DNA of 64,000 nucleotides from Bacilli bacterium (GTDB lineage: Bacteria > Bacillota_I > Bacilli_A > ML615J-28 > CAG-698), in the NCBI GenBank assembly GCA_050953065.1, contig JBMNLZ010000003.1:64001-128000 (forward strand), in the 5' to 3' direction. Made by a program: the position numbers and the translations under genes. Of this stretch, positions 11,129-20,426 are shown piece by piece. How positions within the stretch are numbered: the first letter of the stretch is position 1; each line of letters opens with the position of its first letter. Under the pieces are notes generated by a model that saw only the letters and a list, made by a program, of their open reading frames with translations, made no database searches and had not been told where the DNA came from.

Positions 11129-11875
11129 CTACATTACCATTCCGCCATCAACATTGATAACCTGACCAGTTATATAATCACTTAATGATGAAGCTAAAAA
11201 GCATACTATATTAGCAACATCTTCTACAGTTCCAAATTTATTTAGTGGAATATTTTCTAAATATTGATTAATTATTGCTTCTGGCAATACTTTAGTCATT
11301 TCTGTTTCAATAAATCCAGGAGCTATCGCATTAACTAAAACATTCCTTTTTGATAATTCTTTAGCTAATGCTTTAGTAAGACCAATAACTCCAGCCTTTG
11401 AAGCTGCATAATTAGATTGCCCAGCATTACCTACCAACCCAACAATTGAAGAAATATTAATAATTCTTCCAAAGCGTTGTTTGCTCATATATTTAGCAGC
11501 TTGTTTACTACAATTCCATGTTCCTTTTAAATTAGTCGCAAGTACTTTATCAAAATCCTCTTCTGACATTCTCAAAATAAAATTATCTGCTGTAATTCCT
11601 GCATTATTTACTAAAATATCAATTTTTTCATATTTTGAAAAAACTTGATCAACTAAATTAGTTGCTTCTAGAAAATTAGAAACATTGGCTTTTATTGCAA
11701 TAGCTTCTTTTCCCATTGCCATAATCTCATCTACTAAAGCATTCGCTTTAGCCTCACTTGAATTATAGTTAATAATAACTGTTGCTCCTGCCTCGGCTAG
11801 TTTTTTTGAAATAGCATTTCCAATTCCACTAGCCCCACCTGTAACAAGAGCGATTTTACCATTTAAATTTATCAT
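11129..11875 (-). CDS. fabG: 3-oxoacyl-ACP reductase
   Basis: TGGASGIG, NNAGIT, YAASK, PGFIET, VDGG; located in fab cluster. Confidence 0.95.
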   Translation of the reverse strand: MINLNGKIALVTGGASGIGNAISKKLAEAGATVIINYNSSEAKANALVDEIMAMGKEAIAIKANVSNFLEATNLVDQVFSKYEKIDILVNNAGITADNFILRMSEEDFDKVLATNLKGTWNCSKQAAKYMSKQRFGRIINISSIVGLVGNAGQSNYAASKAGVIGLTKALAKELSKRNVLVNAIAPGFIETEMTKVLPEAIINQYLENIPLNKFGTVEDVANIVCFLASSLSDYITGQVINVDGGMVM

Positions 11876-12801
11876 AATATCCCCCTTAATTTTTCAATAT
11901 CCTCTAAAGAGTTTATAGATACAGTCTCTACATTTTCATCAATTTTCTTTACTAAGTTCTTTAACACCTGTCCTGGACCAATTTCAACAAACAAATCAAA
12001 TTTATCATCAATCAATTTTTTTATAGAGTCTTCGAAATAAACAGATGATTCTACTTGCATTTTCATCTTCAAAGGCAATTCTTCAATTTTTAAATATTTA
12101 GCATCACAATTCATAATAACTGGAGTATGAAAATTATTATACTTAATTTTTTTAAGTTCTTCTTCAATTCCTAAAGCAGCACTATTCATTAATGGAGTAT
12201 GAAAAGCTCCGCTAACTTTTAATTTTATAAACTTTTTTATAAAAGCTTCTTCTTTTCTTTCTATTACTTCATCTACTGCGTTATTAACCCCAGATATCAC
12301 ATACTGAGTCTTGCAATTATAATTAGCTATTTTTACTAAACCAACTTTAGAAGTTACATCATCACATAACATTTCTAATTTCTCTTTTTCGCTTGTAAAA
12401 ACAGCTGCCATAGTTCCATGATTTTCATAAGTGGCTTTATCCATATAATATGCTCTTTTTCTAATTAACTCAACAATTTGTTTAAAATCAAAGATTCCAG
12501 CAGCATATAAAGCACTATATTCACCCAAACTAAAACCTAAGAATGCTTGAGATTTTATCTTTATTTCTTCTTTTAAAATTTCATAAATTGCCAAAGAAGT
12601 AACTAATATGGCTGGTTGAGTATATAGAGTTTGATTAATCATTTCATTTTCTTCAAAACAAATTTTAGATAAATTATATCCTAAAATTTCATTAGCATTT
12701 AAATATAAATTTTTTGCAGTTAAAGTATTATCATAAAACTCTTTTCCCATGCCAATAGTTTGCGCACCTTGCCCAGCAAACATTATTGCTATTTTTTTCA
12801 T
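11872..12801 (-). CDS. fabD: Malonyl-CoA:ACP transacylase
   Basis: FAGQGAQ, TQPAI, GFSLGEY, VSGAFHT, EIGPG. Confidence 0.95.
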   Translation of the reverse strand: MKKIAIMFAGQGAQTIGMGKEFYDNTLTAKNLYLNANEILGYNLSKICFEENEMINQTLYTQPAILVTSLAIYEILKEEIKIKSQAFLGFSLGEYSALYAAGIFDFKQIVELIRKRAYYMDKATYENHGTMAAVFTSEKEKLEMLCDDVTSKVGLVKIANYNCKTQYVISGVNNAVDEVIERKEEAFIKKFIKLKVSGAFHTPLMNSAALGIEEELKKIKYNNFHTPVIMNCDAKYLKIEELPLKMKMQVESSVYFEDSIKKLIDDKFDLFVEIGPGQVLKNLVKKIDENVETVSINSLEDIEKLRGIL

Positions 12802-13730
12802 AGTATTTCTAATTTCTCCTTGTATTCTTTAACTGGCAAAAACAAGTCCTTAATAATATCTTCAACAGATTTTATTTCTTTAATCATTCCTGATACTTGG
12901 CCCGCCATAAATGAACCATTATCTATATCACCATCAATGACTGCCAGTCTTAAAGAACCTAAAGTTAATTTTTCTAATTCTTTAATATCAACATTTTGAG
13001 CTGATAATTGTAAGTATTCTCTAGCCATTTTATTTTTTAAAACCCTAACTGGGGCATTAGTAAAGCGACCAGTTACTACAGTATCAGTATCTTTAGCATT
13101 AATAATCATTTGTTTGTAATTATCATGAATAGGGCATTCTTTACTGGCAAGAAAAAGAGTTCCTATTTGGATTCCTTTAGCACCTAATGAAAAAGCTGCC
13201 AAAACTTGACGGTAATCAGCAATTCCACCAGCCGCAATCACAGGAATTGATACAGCATCTACTACTTGAGGAACTAAAGCCATAGTAGTTAACTCACCGA
13301 TATGACCTCCTGCTTCAGTCCCTTCTACAATTACTGCATCAACTCCAAGTCTTTCCATTCTTACTGCTAAGGCTACACTTGGTACAACAGGAATTACCGT
13401 AATCCCAGCCTCTTTCCATTCTTTAATATATATACCTGGACTTCCTGCTCCAGTAGTCACAACTTTAACTCCTTCTTCAATAATCATTTTTGCAATATCA
13501 CCAGCAAAAGGACTTAGAAGCATAATGTTAACTCCAAAAGGTTTATCAGTCAATTTTTTGCATAATCTAATTTCTTTTCTAATAACTTCAGCATTTTCAC
13601 CACCTGATGCAATTAAGCCTAATCCACCTGCATTACTCACACTTGAAGCTAAAATATGGTTAGCAATATTAGCCATCCCACCTTGAATTATCGGATATTT
13701 TATATTTAAAAGTTCACAAATGTTTTTCAT
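12798..13730 (-). CDS. fabK: Enoyl-ACP reductase II (FMN-dependent)
   Basis: YPIIQGGM, EGTEAGGHIG, AAGGIAD, FMAGQVSG. Confidence 0.93.
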   Translation of the reverse strand: MKNICELLNIKYPIIQGGMANIANHILASSVSNAGGLGLIASGGENAEVIRKEIRLCKKLTDKPFGVNIMLLSPFAGDIAKMIIEEGVKVVTTGAGSPGIYIKEWKEAGITVIPVVPSVALAVRMERLGVDAVIVEGTEAGGHIGELTTMALVPQVVDAVSIPVIAAGGIADYRQVLAAFSLGAKGIQIGTLFLASKECPIHDNYKQMIINAKDTDTVVTGRFTNAPVRVLKNKMAREYLQLSAQNVDIKELEKLTLGSLRLAVIDGDIDNGSFMAGQVSGMIKEIKSVEDIIKDLFLPVKEYKEKLEIL

Positions 13731-13765
13731 AGTTTTCTCCTAATGTTTATTTTAAAAAAATAAAA

Positions 13766-13841
13766 CCCAGTAACGCAAGCAAAAAATAAAACCATTAATT
13801 TTTTTAAATTTTGTTTTAATTTTTTACATTTATTTACTGGG
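13766..13841 (-). promoter_or_regulatory. Long imperfect hairpin between accA and fabK (possible attenuator or mRNA stabiliser)
   Basis: CCCAGTAA/TTACTGGG outer stem and GTAAAAAATTAAAAC/GTTTTATTTTTTGC inner stem, followed by a T-run on the minus strand. Confidence 0.5.
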
Positions 13842-13869
13842 AAAATAATAACTTAATATATTGTTTAAA

Positions 13870-14682
13870 TTATATATCTTGGAATTGCCCTATAAGACGA
13901 TATCTTTTATATCTTTTTTCCAACAACTCATGAATTGGCACCTTCTTTAAATCTTTAAAAGCTTTTTCTAAAGATTTTTTAAAATCATTAAAAATTTCTT
14001 GATAATTATTATGCAAACCTCCATTTGGTTCTTTAATAATTTTATCAATAATTTTAAATTCATATAAATCATCAGCCGTAAGTTTCATTACTTCTGCCGC
14101 TTCACTTGTTTTACTAGAATCTTTGTATAAAATTGAAGCAAACCCTTCAGGTGATAAAATTGAGTAAACTGCATTTTCAAACATCCAAACTTGATCACTT
14201 ACTCCAATCGCTAAAGCTCCACCACTTCCACCTTCGCTTAGCACTACTGAAATCATTGGAACCTCAACAGTAATTAATTCAGTTAAATTTTGAGCAATTG
14301 CAGTTGCTTGACCACGCTCTTCTGCTTGTATCCCAGGATAGGCTCCTGGAGTGTCAATAATAAAACAAATTGGTCTTCCAAATTTTTCTGCTTGTTTTAC
14401 AAGTCTGATTGCTTTTCTATAGCCTTCAGGATGTGGCATTCCAAAATTCTTTTTTATTTTCTCTTCAATTGTTCTTCCTTTTTCTTGAGCAATAATCGTA
14501 ATAGGAAAACCACTTAAAGTAGTAATCCCACAAATAAATGATTCATCATCAGCAAATAGCCTATCGCCATGTATTTCAAGAAAATCAGGGAAAATATAAT
14601 CAATTAATGTTTTAGAGGTCGGTCTTTTTGAATGACGTGCTAAAAGCACCCTATCCCAAGCGCTGATATTTTTAGACTCCAT
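13870..14682 (-). CDS. accA: Acetyl-CoA carboxylase carboxyltransferase alpha subunit
   Basis: HGDRLFADD, FGMPHPEGYRKA, DTPGAYPG, EGGSGGAL, SPEGFASIL. Confidence 0.96.
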   Translation of the reverse strand: MESKNISAWDRVLLARHSKRPTSKTLIDYIFPDFLEIHGDRLFADDESFICGITTLSGFPITIIAQEKGRTIEEKIKKNFGMPHPEGYRKAIRLVKQAEKFGRPICFIIDTPGAYPGIQAEERGQATAIAQNLTELITVEVPMISVVLSEGGSGGALAIGVSDQVWMFENAVYSILSPEGFASILYKDSSKTSEAAEVMKLTADDLYEFKIIDKIIKEPNGGLHNNYQEIFNDFKKSLEKAFKDLKKVPIHELLEKRYKRYRLIGQFQDI

Positions 14683-14683
14683 A

Positions 14684-15556
14684 TTAAACCTCTTTTTTAT
14701 GTAATTTTAAAATTAAAGCAATTGTATCTCGCATCTTATGTCTTTCAACAACCAAATCAACAAAACCATTTTCTAATTGAAATTCAGCTGTTTGAAAGCC
14801 ATCCGGTAATTCTTCATTGATCGTTTGTTTAATAACACGAGGTCCTGCAAAGCCTATTAAGGCTTTAGCCTCAGCAATATTAATATCACCCAATGATGCA
14901 AAACTTGCTGCAACTCCACCAGTAGTCGGATTTGTTAAAACACTTATATATAATAATTTTGCAAGACTATGGTATTTTAAAGCTGCACTAGTTTTAACCA
15001 TTTGCATCAAAGAAAAAATCCCTTCTTGCATTCTAGCACCACCGGAAGCTGAAAAAATTATTAATGGTAATTTTTCTTTGGTTGCGAATTCTATTAGTCT
15101 TGTAACTTTTTCACCTACAGCACAACCCATACTCCCCATCATAAAATTACTATCTAAAGCACCGATTGCAACATCAATACCTTTAATAGATGCTTTTCCA
15201 CACACAAAAGCATCGCTTTCTTGACTTGACTCTTGGTATTGACTGATTTTATCTAAATAGCCAGGGAAATTAATGGGATTAGTTGTTTTAACATCTAAAA
15301 ACATTTCTTCTAAAATCCCCTTGTCAACAACACTTTGAATTCTTTCTCTAGCTGATAGTCTAAAATAATAATTACAATGAGGACATACATTCAAATTAGC
15401 TAATAATTCTTCATGAAAAATTAATTCATTACAATTTTCACATTTAATGAATAACCCCTCTGCAATATCAATCTTTTTTTTAACAACAACTTTTTTTCTT
15501 ATATTTTTATTAAATACATCTAATTTAGACTTTCTAACATCAAAAAAATTATCCAT
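14684..15556 (-). CDS. accD: Acetyl-CoA carboxylase carboxyltransferase beta subunit
   Basis: CENC..CPHC Zn finger, MGSMG, SGGARMQEG, PTTGGVAAS, GFAGPRVI. Confidence 0.96.
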   Translation of the reverse strand: MDNFFDVRKSKLDVFNKNIRKKVVVKKKIDIAEGLFIKCENCNELIFHEELLANLNVCPHCNYYFRLSARERIQSVVDKGILEEMFLDVKTTNPINFPGYLDKISQYQESSQESDAFVCGKASIKGIDVAIGALDSNFMMGSMGCAVGEKVTRLIEFATKEKLPLIIFSASGGARMQEGIFSLMQMVKTSAALKYHSLAKLLYISVLTNPTTGGVAASFASLGDINIAEAKALIGFAGPRVIKQTINEELPDGFQTAEFQLENGFVDLVVERHKMRDTIALILKLHKKEV

Positions 15557-16904
15557 TTCTTTGTACCTCTAGTGCTCTTTTTACAAATGAAGTATTGTAA
15601 AGCCCTTTTACAAATTCAGGATTATGGATAATTACATATAAAAAATCTATATTTGTAATAATTCCATCAATAATGAATTGTTCTAAAGCCACTCTCATTT
15701 TTTTAATTGCTTCTCTTCTAGTAGGTGCATGAACAATTAATTTTGCTAGTAATGAATCATAAAAAGGTGGAACTTCATAACCATTATAAATGTGTGAATC
15801 TACTCTAACCCCATTACCACCAGGGAATACTATATTATTAATTATTCCAGGTGAAGGTCTAAAATTATTTAAAACATCCTCAGCATTTATACGACATTCA
15901 ATTGCATGACCTTTTATCTTGACTCCATATTGCTTAAATGATAATTCACTACCATAAGTAATATTTAATTGTTCTTTTACTAAATCAATCCCAGTTACAG
16001 CTTCAGTTATAGGATGTTCAACTTGAATACGAGTATTCATTTCTATAAAATAAAACTTCCCATCTTTGTCTACAAGAAATTCTACCGTTCCTATATTAGT
16101 GTATTTTACAGCTTTTGCTAATCTCACAGCAGCAAACCCGATACTACGTCTAACCATAGGATTAAGAGATACACATGGTGATTCTTCAATAACTTTTTGA
16201 TTGTTTCTTTGCATAGAACAATCTCTTTCGCCAAGTTGAACTACATTACCAAAATTATCAGCTATAATTTGAACTTCAATATGTTTTGGATTTTCAAGAT
16301 ATTTTTCAATATATACTCCAGAATCTCCAAAAGCAGATTTTGCTTCTATTAACGTTTTTTCAAACATCTTTCTAAATTCAATTTCTGAATATACAACAGT
16401 AATGCCTCGGCCACCGCCTCCATTACTAGCTTTAATCATTGCAGGAAAGCCAATTTTATTTAAAACTGCTATCCCTTCTTCTAAACTATTTACAACACCA
16501 TCAGATCCTTCAATTATTGGAACTCTAGCCTGCTTTGCTATTGTTCTAGCATTTGATTTGTTCCCTAATTTAGCAATAACTTCACTATTAGGTCCGACAA
16601 ATTTTAAGCCACATTTTTCAATAATTGAAACAAATCTTTCATTTTCAGCTAAAAAACCATACCCTGGATGTATTGCATTACAACCTGTTGCTAAAGCTGC
16701 ACTGATAATACGATTAATATTTAAATAACTATCACTTGCTCTAGAATCACCAACACAAATAGCTTCATCAGCAAATTTTACATGTAAACTATTTTTATCA
16801 GCCTTTGAATAAACTGCTACAGTTGCGATACCTAATTCTTTACATGCTCTAATGATTCTTAAAGCAATTTCACCGCGATTAGCGATCAATACTTTATTTT
16901 GCAT
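15549..16904 (-). CDS. accC: Biotin carboxylase
   Basis: KVLIANRGEIA, HPGYGFLAEN, ERDCS, EMNTRIQVEH, YDSLLAKL. Confidence 0.97.
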   Translation of the reverse strand: MQNKVLIANRGEIALRIIRACKELGIATVAVYSKADKNSLHVKFADEAICVGDSRASDSYLNINRIISAALATGCNAIHPGYGFLAENERFVSIIEKCGLKFVGPNSEVIAKLGNKSNARTIAKQARVPIIEGSDGVVNSLEEGIAVLNKIGFPAMIKASNGGGGRGITVVYSEIEFRKMFEKTLIEAKSAFGDSGVYIEKYLENPKHIEVQIIADNFGNVVQLGERDCSMQRNNQKVIEESPCVSLNPMVRRSIGFAAVRLAKAVKYTNIGTVEFLVDKDGKFYFIEMNTRIQVEHPITEAVTGIDLVKEQLNITYGSELSFKQYGVKIKGHAIECRINAEDVLNNFRPSPGIINNIVFPGGNGVRVDSHIYNGYEVPPFYDSLLAKLIVHAPTRREAIKKMRVALEQFIIDGIITNIDFLYVIIHNPEFVKGLYNTSFVKRALEVQRNG

Positions 16905-17319
16905 CGTCAATTAACATTAATACTTGTTCAAAGCCAACAGCCTCTCCGTTTGCAACATCAATTGCTATAATTTTACCAGAAACTGGCGCAGTAATTTCAT
17001 TAATTATTTTCATAGCCTCAATTATACATAAAGTATCCCCTTTTTTTACGTGTTTACCAATCTTTACGAAAGGTTCAGCATCAGGAGAACTTGAAGCAAA
17101 ATAAGTTCCAACTAATGGTGATTTTACTTCATATCCTATTTTATTTTTTTCTTCTTTAATAGGTTTTTCAATTTTTGGTATATTTACTTGAGTTATCGGC
17201 TGAACATTGGTATTATTTTTACCCAATTTTATTTTTACATTATCAAATTCTAATTCCATAGATGTTAAACTAGATTTTTCAAAATCTTTTATAATGACTT
17301 GGATTTGTTTGTAGTCCAT
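16894..17319 (-). CDS. accB: Biotin carboxyl carrier protein
   Basis: SPLVGT and EAMKI biotinylation motif. Confidence 0.95.
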   Translation of the reverse strand: MDYKQIQVIIKDFEKSSLTSMELEFDNVKIKLGKNNTNVQPITQVNIPKIEKPIKEEKNKIGYEVKSPLVGTYFASSSPDAEPFVKIGKHVKKGDTLCIIEAMKIINEITAPVSGKIIAIDVANGEAVGFEQVLMLIDDAK

Positions 17320-17364
17320 AACTCCCCCCTGTAAATATTTTAAACAAGTATTTTCTTTCTTTTA

Positions 17365-17589
17365 TTATTTATTATTTTCCAAATATTTTAAAATATCTCC
17401 AACTGTTTTTAATTCTGTAACTGCTTCATCAGAAATAGAAACTTCAAAAGCATCTTCAATACTCATAATTAATTCAACAGCATCTAAAGAATCAGCTCCT
17501 AAATCATCTTGTAAGTTAGTTTCTTTCGTAATTGATTCTTTTGATACACTTAATTCTTTTGCTATTAAATCTACTAATTTTTCAAACAT
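17365..17589 (-). CDS. acpP: Acyl carrier protein
   Basis: DLGADSLDAVEL phosphopantetheine motif; GGAGG RBS. Confidence 0.96.
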   Translation of the reverse strand: MFEKLVDLIAKELSVSKESITKETNLQDDLGADSLDAVELIMSIEDAFEVSISDEAVTELKTVGDILKYLENNK

Positions 17590-17657
17590 ATTTATTCCTC
17601 CAGTTTTATATTTGCATTTTTATTTTAATAGTAATTGCAGAAAACGCAACTACATTT

Positions 17658-17685
17658 AGTTTACCATATTCATTCAACTTGTCAA
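17658..17685 (-). promoter_or_regulatory. Sigma70/SigA-type promoter of the acpP-acc-fab operon
   Basis: Minus strand TTGACA-16 nt-TAAACT with TGn extended -10. Confidence 0.6.
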
Positions 17686-17719
17686 TATTTTTGTATTAAT
17701 AAACACTAATATTTAACTA

Positions 17720-19066
17720 TTATAAGCAAATAGTCATATAAATTGGTAAAAAAATTATACCATCTTTAATATTTAAATCTTTTGTATGTATTAAATACTT
17801 TTTACCAAGTCTATCTTTAAATTTAGTATTAAATTTTTTTAAAGATGATAGGGTATATTTTTTCCCAGATTTCACTTCTATCGGTGAAATTTTAGTTGGA
17901 TCTTCTCTGTCTGTTATCAAAAAATCAATTTCCATAGTATTTGAATGATCTTGATTGTCAATTCTTGAATAAAAATATAATTTTTTATTTTTTACTGAAA
18001 ACATTTGAGAAACAATATTTTCAAAAATCATACCATTATTTACTTCAAGTTTATCTTGAATAATTTTTTTTGCTACTTCTTGATGCATTTCAGAGTTTTC
18101 ACTAAATGCATGGCTTATCAACAAGCCTGTATCTGCCATGTACACTTTTAAAGTCAGTCTATCTTGATTCATAGTTAATCCAACATTTGGATCAGAAGCA
18201 TTAAAACACAAGTTAGATATCATTGCTTCGTCTAGCCATAAAAACGATTCTTCATAATCTCTAAACCTTGCATCTTTTGCAAGAGAACTAAAAGTAAATT
18301 TTTTTTCATGCTTAGATAATTGTGATGGAATTTCATCAAATATACTTAAAACTTTATATTCATATCCTTTAGCATACTTAGCTATATCATTTTTATAAAG
18401 TTTTAAAATATCTCTTTTTATTAAATCAACCTTTGTATAATCAGAGGTTTTTAAATATTCTATTATGGCTTGAGGCATACCTCCAATTAATATATATTGT
18501 CTAAATAATTTCATAATTGTAGAATGAAGTTCAGCTAATGGTTTCAAATCATTGAAACGTTGCTCTATAATGGGAATTATGTCTTTCCTACCTAATGCCC
18601 AACAAAATTCTTCAAAATCAAAAGGATACATTTTAATCGCTCTTTCTTCAGATGGAAGCAAAATATTTTCAACATTTCTTTTAATTGAAAGCAACGATCC
18701 TGTTTCAATATAATCATAACGATTATCTTTAACTAAATGTTTTATTAATTGTCTAGCAATTGGAAACAATTGTATTTCGTCAAAAATAATCAATGAATTT
18801 CTTTCATATAATGTTACACCAGTGATAGATGTTAAAAAAAAGAAAAAATTATTAAGATCAGATGCATATTTCTTAAACAATGACTTTATATCTTCACCTG
18901 CTATACTAAAATCAATCATTATATATGATTTATATTCGTTTTTAGCAAATTCTTCAACTATTGTGCTTTTCCCTATACGCCTTGCTCCCTCAATTAAAAG
19001 TGCTGTTTTTCCATTTTCTTTTTTCCAAACTAATAACTTATCATAGATTTTACGTTTTAACATCAT
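17720..19066 (-). CDS. AAA_14 ATPase with DUF4143 domain
   Basis: Walker A GARRIGKS, Walker B IIFDEIQ, TGS, GGMP, DTGLL, C-terminal EIDFL..PIEVKS PD-(D/E)XK-like motif. Confidence 0.85.
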   Translation of the reverse strand: MMLKRKIYDKLLVWKKENGKTALLIEGARRIGKSTIVEEFAKNEYKSYIMIDFSIAGEDIKSLFKKYASDLNNFFFFLTSITGVTLYERNSLIIFDEIQLFPIARQLIKHLVKDNRYDYIETGSLLSIKRNVENILLPSEERAIKMYPFDFEEFCWALGRKDIIPIIEQRFNDLKPLAELHSTIMKLFRQYILIGGMPQAIIEYLKTSDYTKVDLIKRDILKLYKNDIAKYAKGYEYKVLSIFDEIPSQLSKHEKKFTFSSLAKDARFRDYEESFLWLDEAMISNLCFNASDPNVGLTMNQDRLTLKVYMADTGLLISHAFSENSEMHQEVAKKIIQDKLEVNNGMIFENIVSQMFSVKNKKLYFYSRIDNQDHSNTMEIDFLITDREDPTKISPIEVKSGKKYTLSSLKKFNTKFKDRLGKKYLIHTKDLNIKDGIIFLPIYMTICL

Positions 19067-19088
19067 ACTTTTTACCTCTTCTATATGT

Positions 19089-19117
19089 ATTATACCTAAT
19101 TTTTATTTTTTTATCAA
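19089..19117 (-). promoter_or_regulatory. Promoter of the AAA/DUF4143 gene
   Basis: Minus strand TTGATA-17 nt-TATAAT. Confidence 0.65.
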
Positions 19118-19121
19118 GAAT

Positions 19122-19214
19122 TTTTACACGTTTTTTACTTTTTCAAAACCACCATTTTACACGTTTTTTGCTTTTTTAAAACGTTATTTTGCACGTTTTT
19201 TATGTTTTCAAAAT
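19122..19214. repeat. Three 28-bp direct repeats with 32-33 bp period
   Basis: ttttacacgttttttactttttcaaaac (19122), ttttacacgttttttgcttttttaaaac (19155), ttttgcacgttttttatgttttcaaaat (19187). Confidence 0.85.
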
Positions 19215-19246
19215 AATTTTTTCTACATAAATCAAAATATAAAAAT

Positions 19247-19271
19247 AAAAACCACTTTTAAAAAGTGGTTT
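19247..19271 (-). terminator. Rho-independent terminator after tRNA-Pro/tRNA-Gly
   Basis: aaaccactttt-a-aaaagtggttt inverted repeat with adjacent A-run (U-tail on minus strand). Confidence 0.7.
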
Positions 19272-19281
19272 GATTTGTAAA

Positions 19282-19355
19282 TGGAGCAGGTAACGAGAAT
19301 CGAACTCGCATAGTCAGCTTGGAAGGCTGAAGTTCTACCATTGAACTATACCTGC
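19282..19355 (-). tRNA. tRNA-Gly(TCC)
   Basis: Reverse complement GCAGGTATAGTTCAATGGTAGAAC...CCTTCCAAG...GTTCGATTC...CCTGCTCCA; CCA encoded. Confidence 0.96.
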
Positions 19356-19359
19356 AAAA

Positions 19360-19436
19360 TGGTCGGGAAAACAGGATTTGAACCCGCGACATCTTGGTCC
19401 CAAACCAAGCGCTCTACCAAACTGAGCTATTTCCCG
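19360..19436 (-). tRNA. tRNA-Pro(TGG)
   Basis: Reverse complement CGGGAAATAGCTCAGTTTGGTAGAGC...TTTGGGA...GGTTCAAATCC...CCCGACCA. Confidence 0.96.
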
Positions 19437-19475
19437 AAAAGTTTATGATTAAACATAAACCTATAGTGCTTTTAC

Positions 19476-19504
19476 ATTATAAACTATATTAACTAAAAAG
19501 ACAA
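19476..19504 (-). promoter_or_regulatory. Promoter of tRNA-Pro/tRNA-Gly
   Basis: Minus strand TTGTCT-17 nt-TATAAT. Confidence 0.6.
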
Positions 19505-19527
19505 GCATTTTATTTAAAAATCATTTT

Positions 19528-20220
19528 TTATGATAACATTATTTTTTCTAAATCAAGAGGATCTACTCTTTTACCATCCTTATAGGCTCTCATATTTCCA
19601 CCACTAATTTCATCAATTAATGCAATATGTTTATCCTCACCAACTCTTCCAAATTCAAATTTTATATCGTAAAGTTCCAAACCTTTTTTTAATAATTCTT
19701 CTTTTATGATTCCAGCAATTTTTTGAGTTAAAATTTTTAAAATTTTATATTCCTCTTTAGTTAAAATTCCAAGCATTGCTAAAGCATCTTCTGTAATTGG
19801 TGGATCGTTTCTATCATCATCTTTTAATGTTACTTCCACAAAAGCATCTAAATCTTGACCTTCTTTTGCATATTTACCATATCTCTTCAAAAAACTACCT
19901 ACTGCTTTATACCTACAAATCACTTCTAATCCTTCTCCAAATGCAGTAGCTTTTTTTACTATCATTGAATTATTATTAAGATCAGATGAAATATAATGCG
20001 TTGGAATTCCTAAAGCATTAATTTTTTCAAAGAAAAACTTTGTTAGTTTAAGTCCTGCAAGTCCCACGCCTTCAATAGATAAACCAACAGTGTTTGCACC
20101 TGGATCAAATACACCATTTTCTCCAGTTACATCATCTTTAAATTTAAGTAAACAATTACCATCTTCTAATTCATAAACATCTTTAGTTTTACCAGTATAG
20201 ATTTTTTTCACTTTTTTCAC
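19528..20220 (-). CDS. purC: Phosphoribosylaminoimidazole-succinocarboxamide synthase
   Basis: YTGKTKDVY, FKDDVT, LEVICR..AVGSF, KDDDRNDP, DIKFEFG, DEIS. Confidence 0.92.
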   Translation of the reverse strand: MKKVKKIYTGKTKDVYELEDGNCLLKFKDDVTGENGVFDPGANTVGLSIEGVGLAGLKLTKFFFEKINALGIPTHYISSDLNNNSMIVKKATAFGEGLEVICRYKAVGSFLKRYGKYAKEGQDLDAFVEVTLKDDDRNDPPITEDALAMLGILTKEEYKILKILTQKIAGIIKEELLKKGLELYDIKFEFGRVGEDKHIALIDEISGGNMRAYKDGKRVDPLDLEKIMLS

Positions 20221-20233
20221 CCTTTATAAAAAA

Positions 20234-20310
20234 TGGCGCGCCCAAGAGGATTCGAACCCCTGGCCTTTTGGTCCGTAGCCAAACGCTCTATCCAGCTGAG
20301 CTATGGGCGC
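20234..20310 (-). tRNA. tRNA-Arg(ACG)
   Basis: Reverse complement GCGCCCATAGCTCAGCTGGATAGAGC...CTACGGA...GGTTCGAATCC...GCGCGCCA. Confidence 0.96.
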
Positions 20311-20324
20311 ATTTATACTATAAT

Positions 20325-20353
20325 ATTATACTTAAATTAGGAGTTAAAGTCAA
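20325..20353 (-). promoter_or_regulatory. Promoter of tRNA-Arg (and probably purC)
   Basis: Minus strand TTGACT-17 nt-TATAAT. Confidence 0.65.
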
Positions 20354-20374
20354 GATTTTTATATTTTGAAAAAT

Positions 20375-20397
20375 AAAAAAAGGCTATAGCCTTTTTT
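20375..20397. terminator. Terminator-like palindrome after the Big_2/NAGPA gene
   Basis: aaaaaaaggctatagcctttttt. Confidence 0.6.
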
Positions 20398-20426
20398 AAA
20401 ATGACCATAGCCTAAATATCTCTTAA

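Noticed and set aside
19122-19214. Possible mini CRISPR array
   Set aside because: Gaps between the 28-bp repeats are only 4-5 nt, the repeats are degenerate, and there are no cas genes
17600-19282. Integrative element at the tRNA-Gly 3' end
   Set aside because: No integrase or transposase, and no duplicated tRNA 3' end (att site) seen
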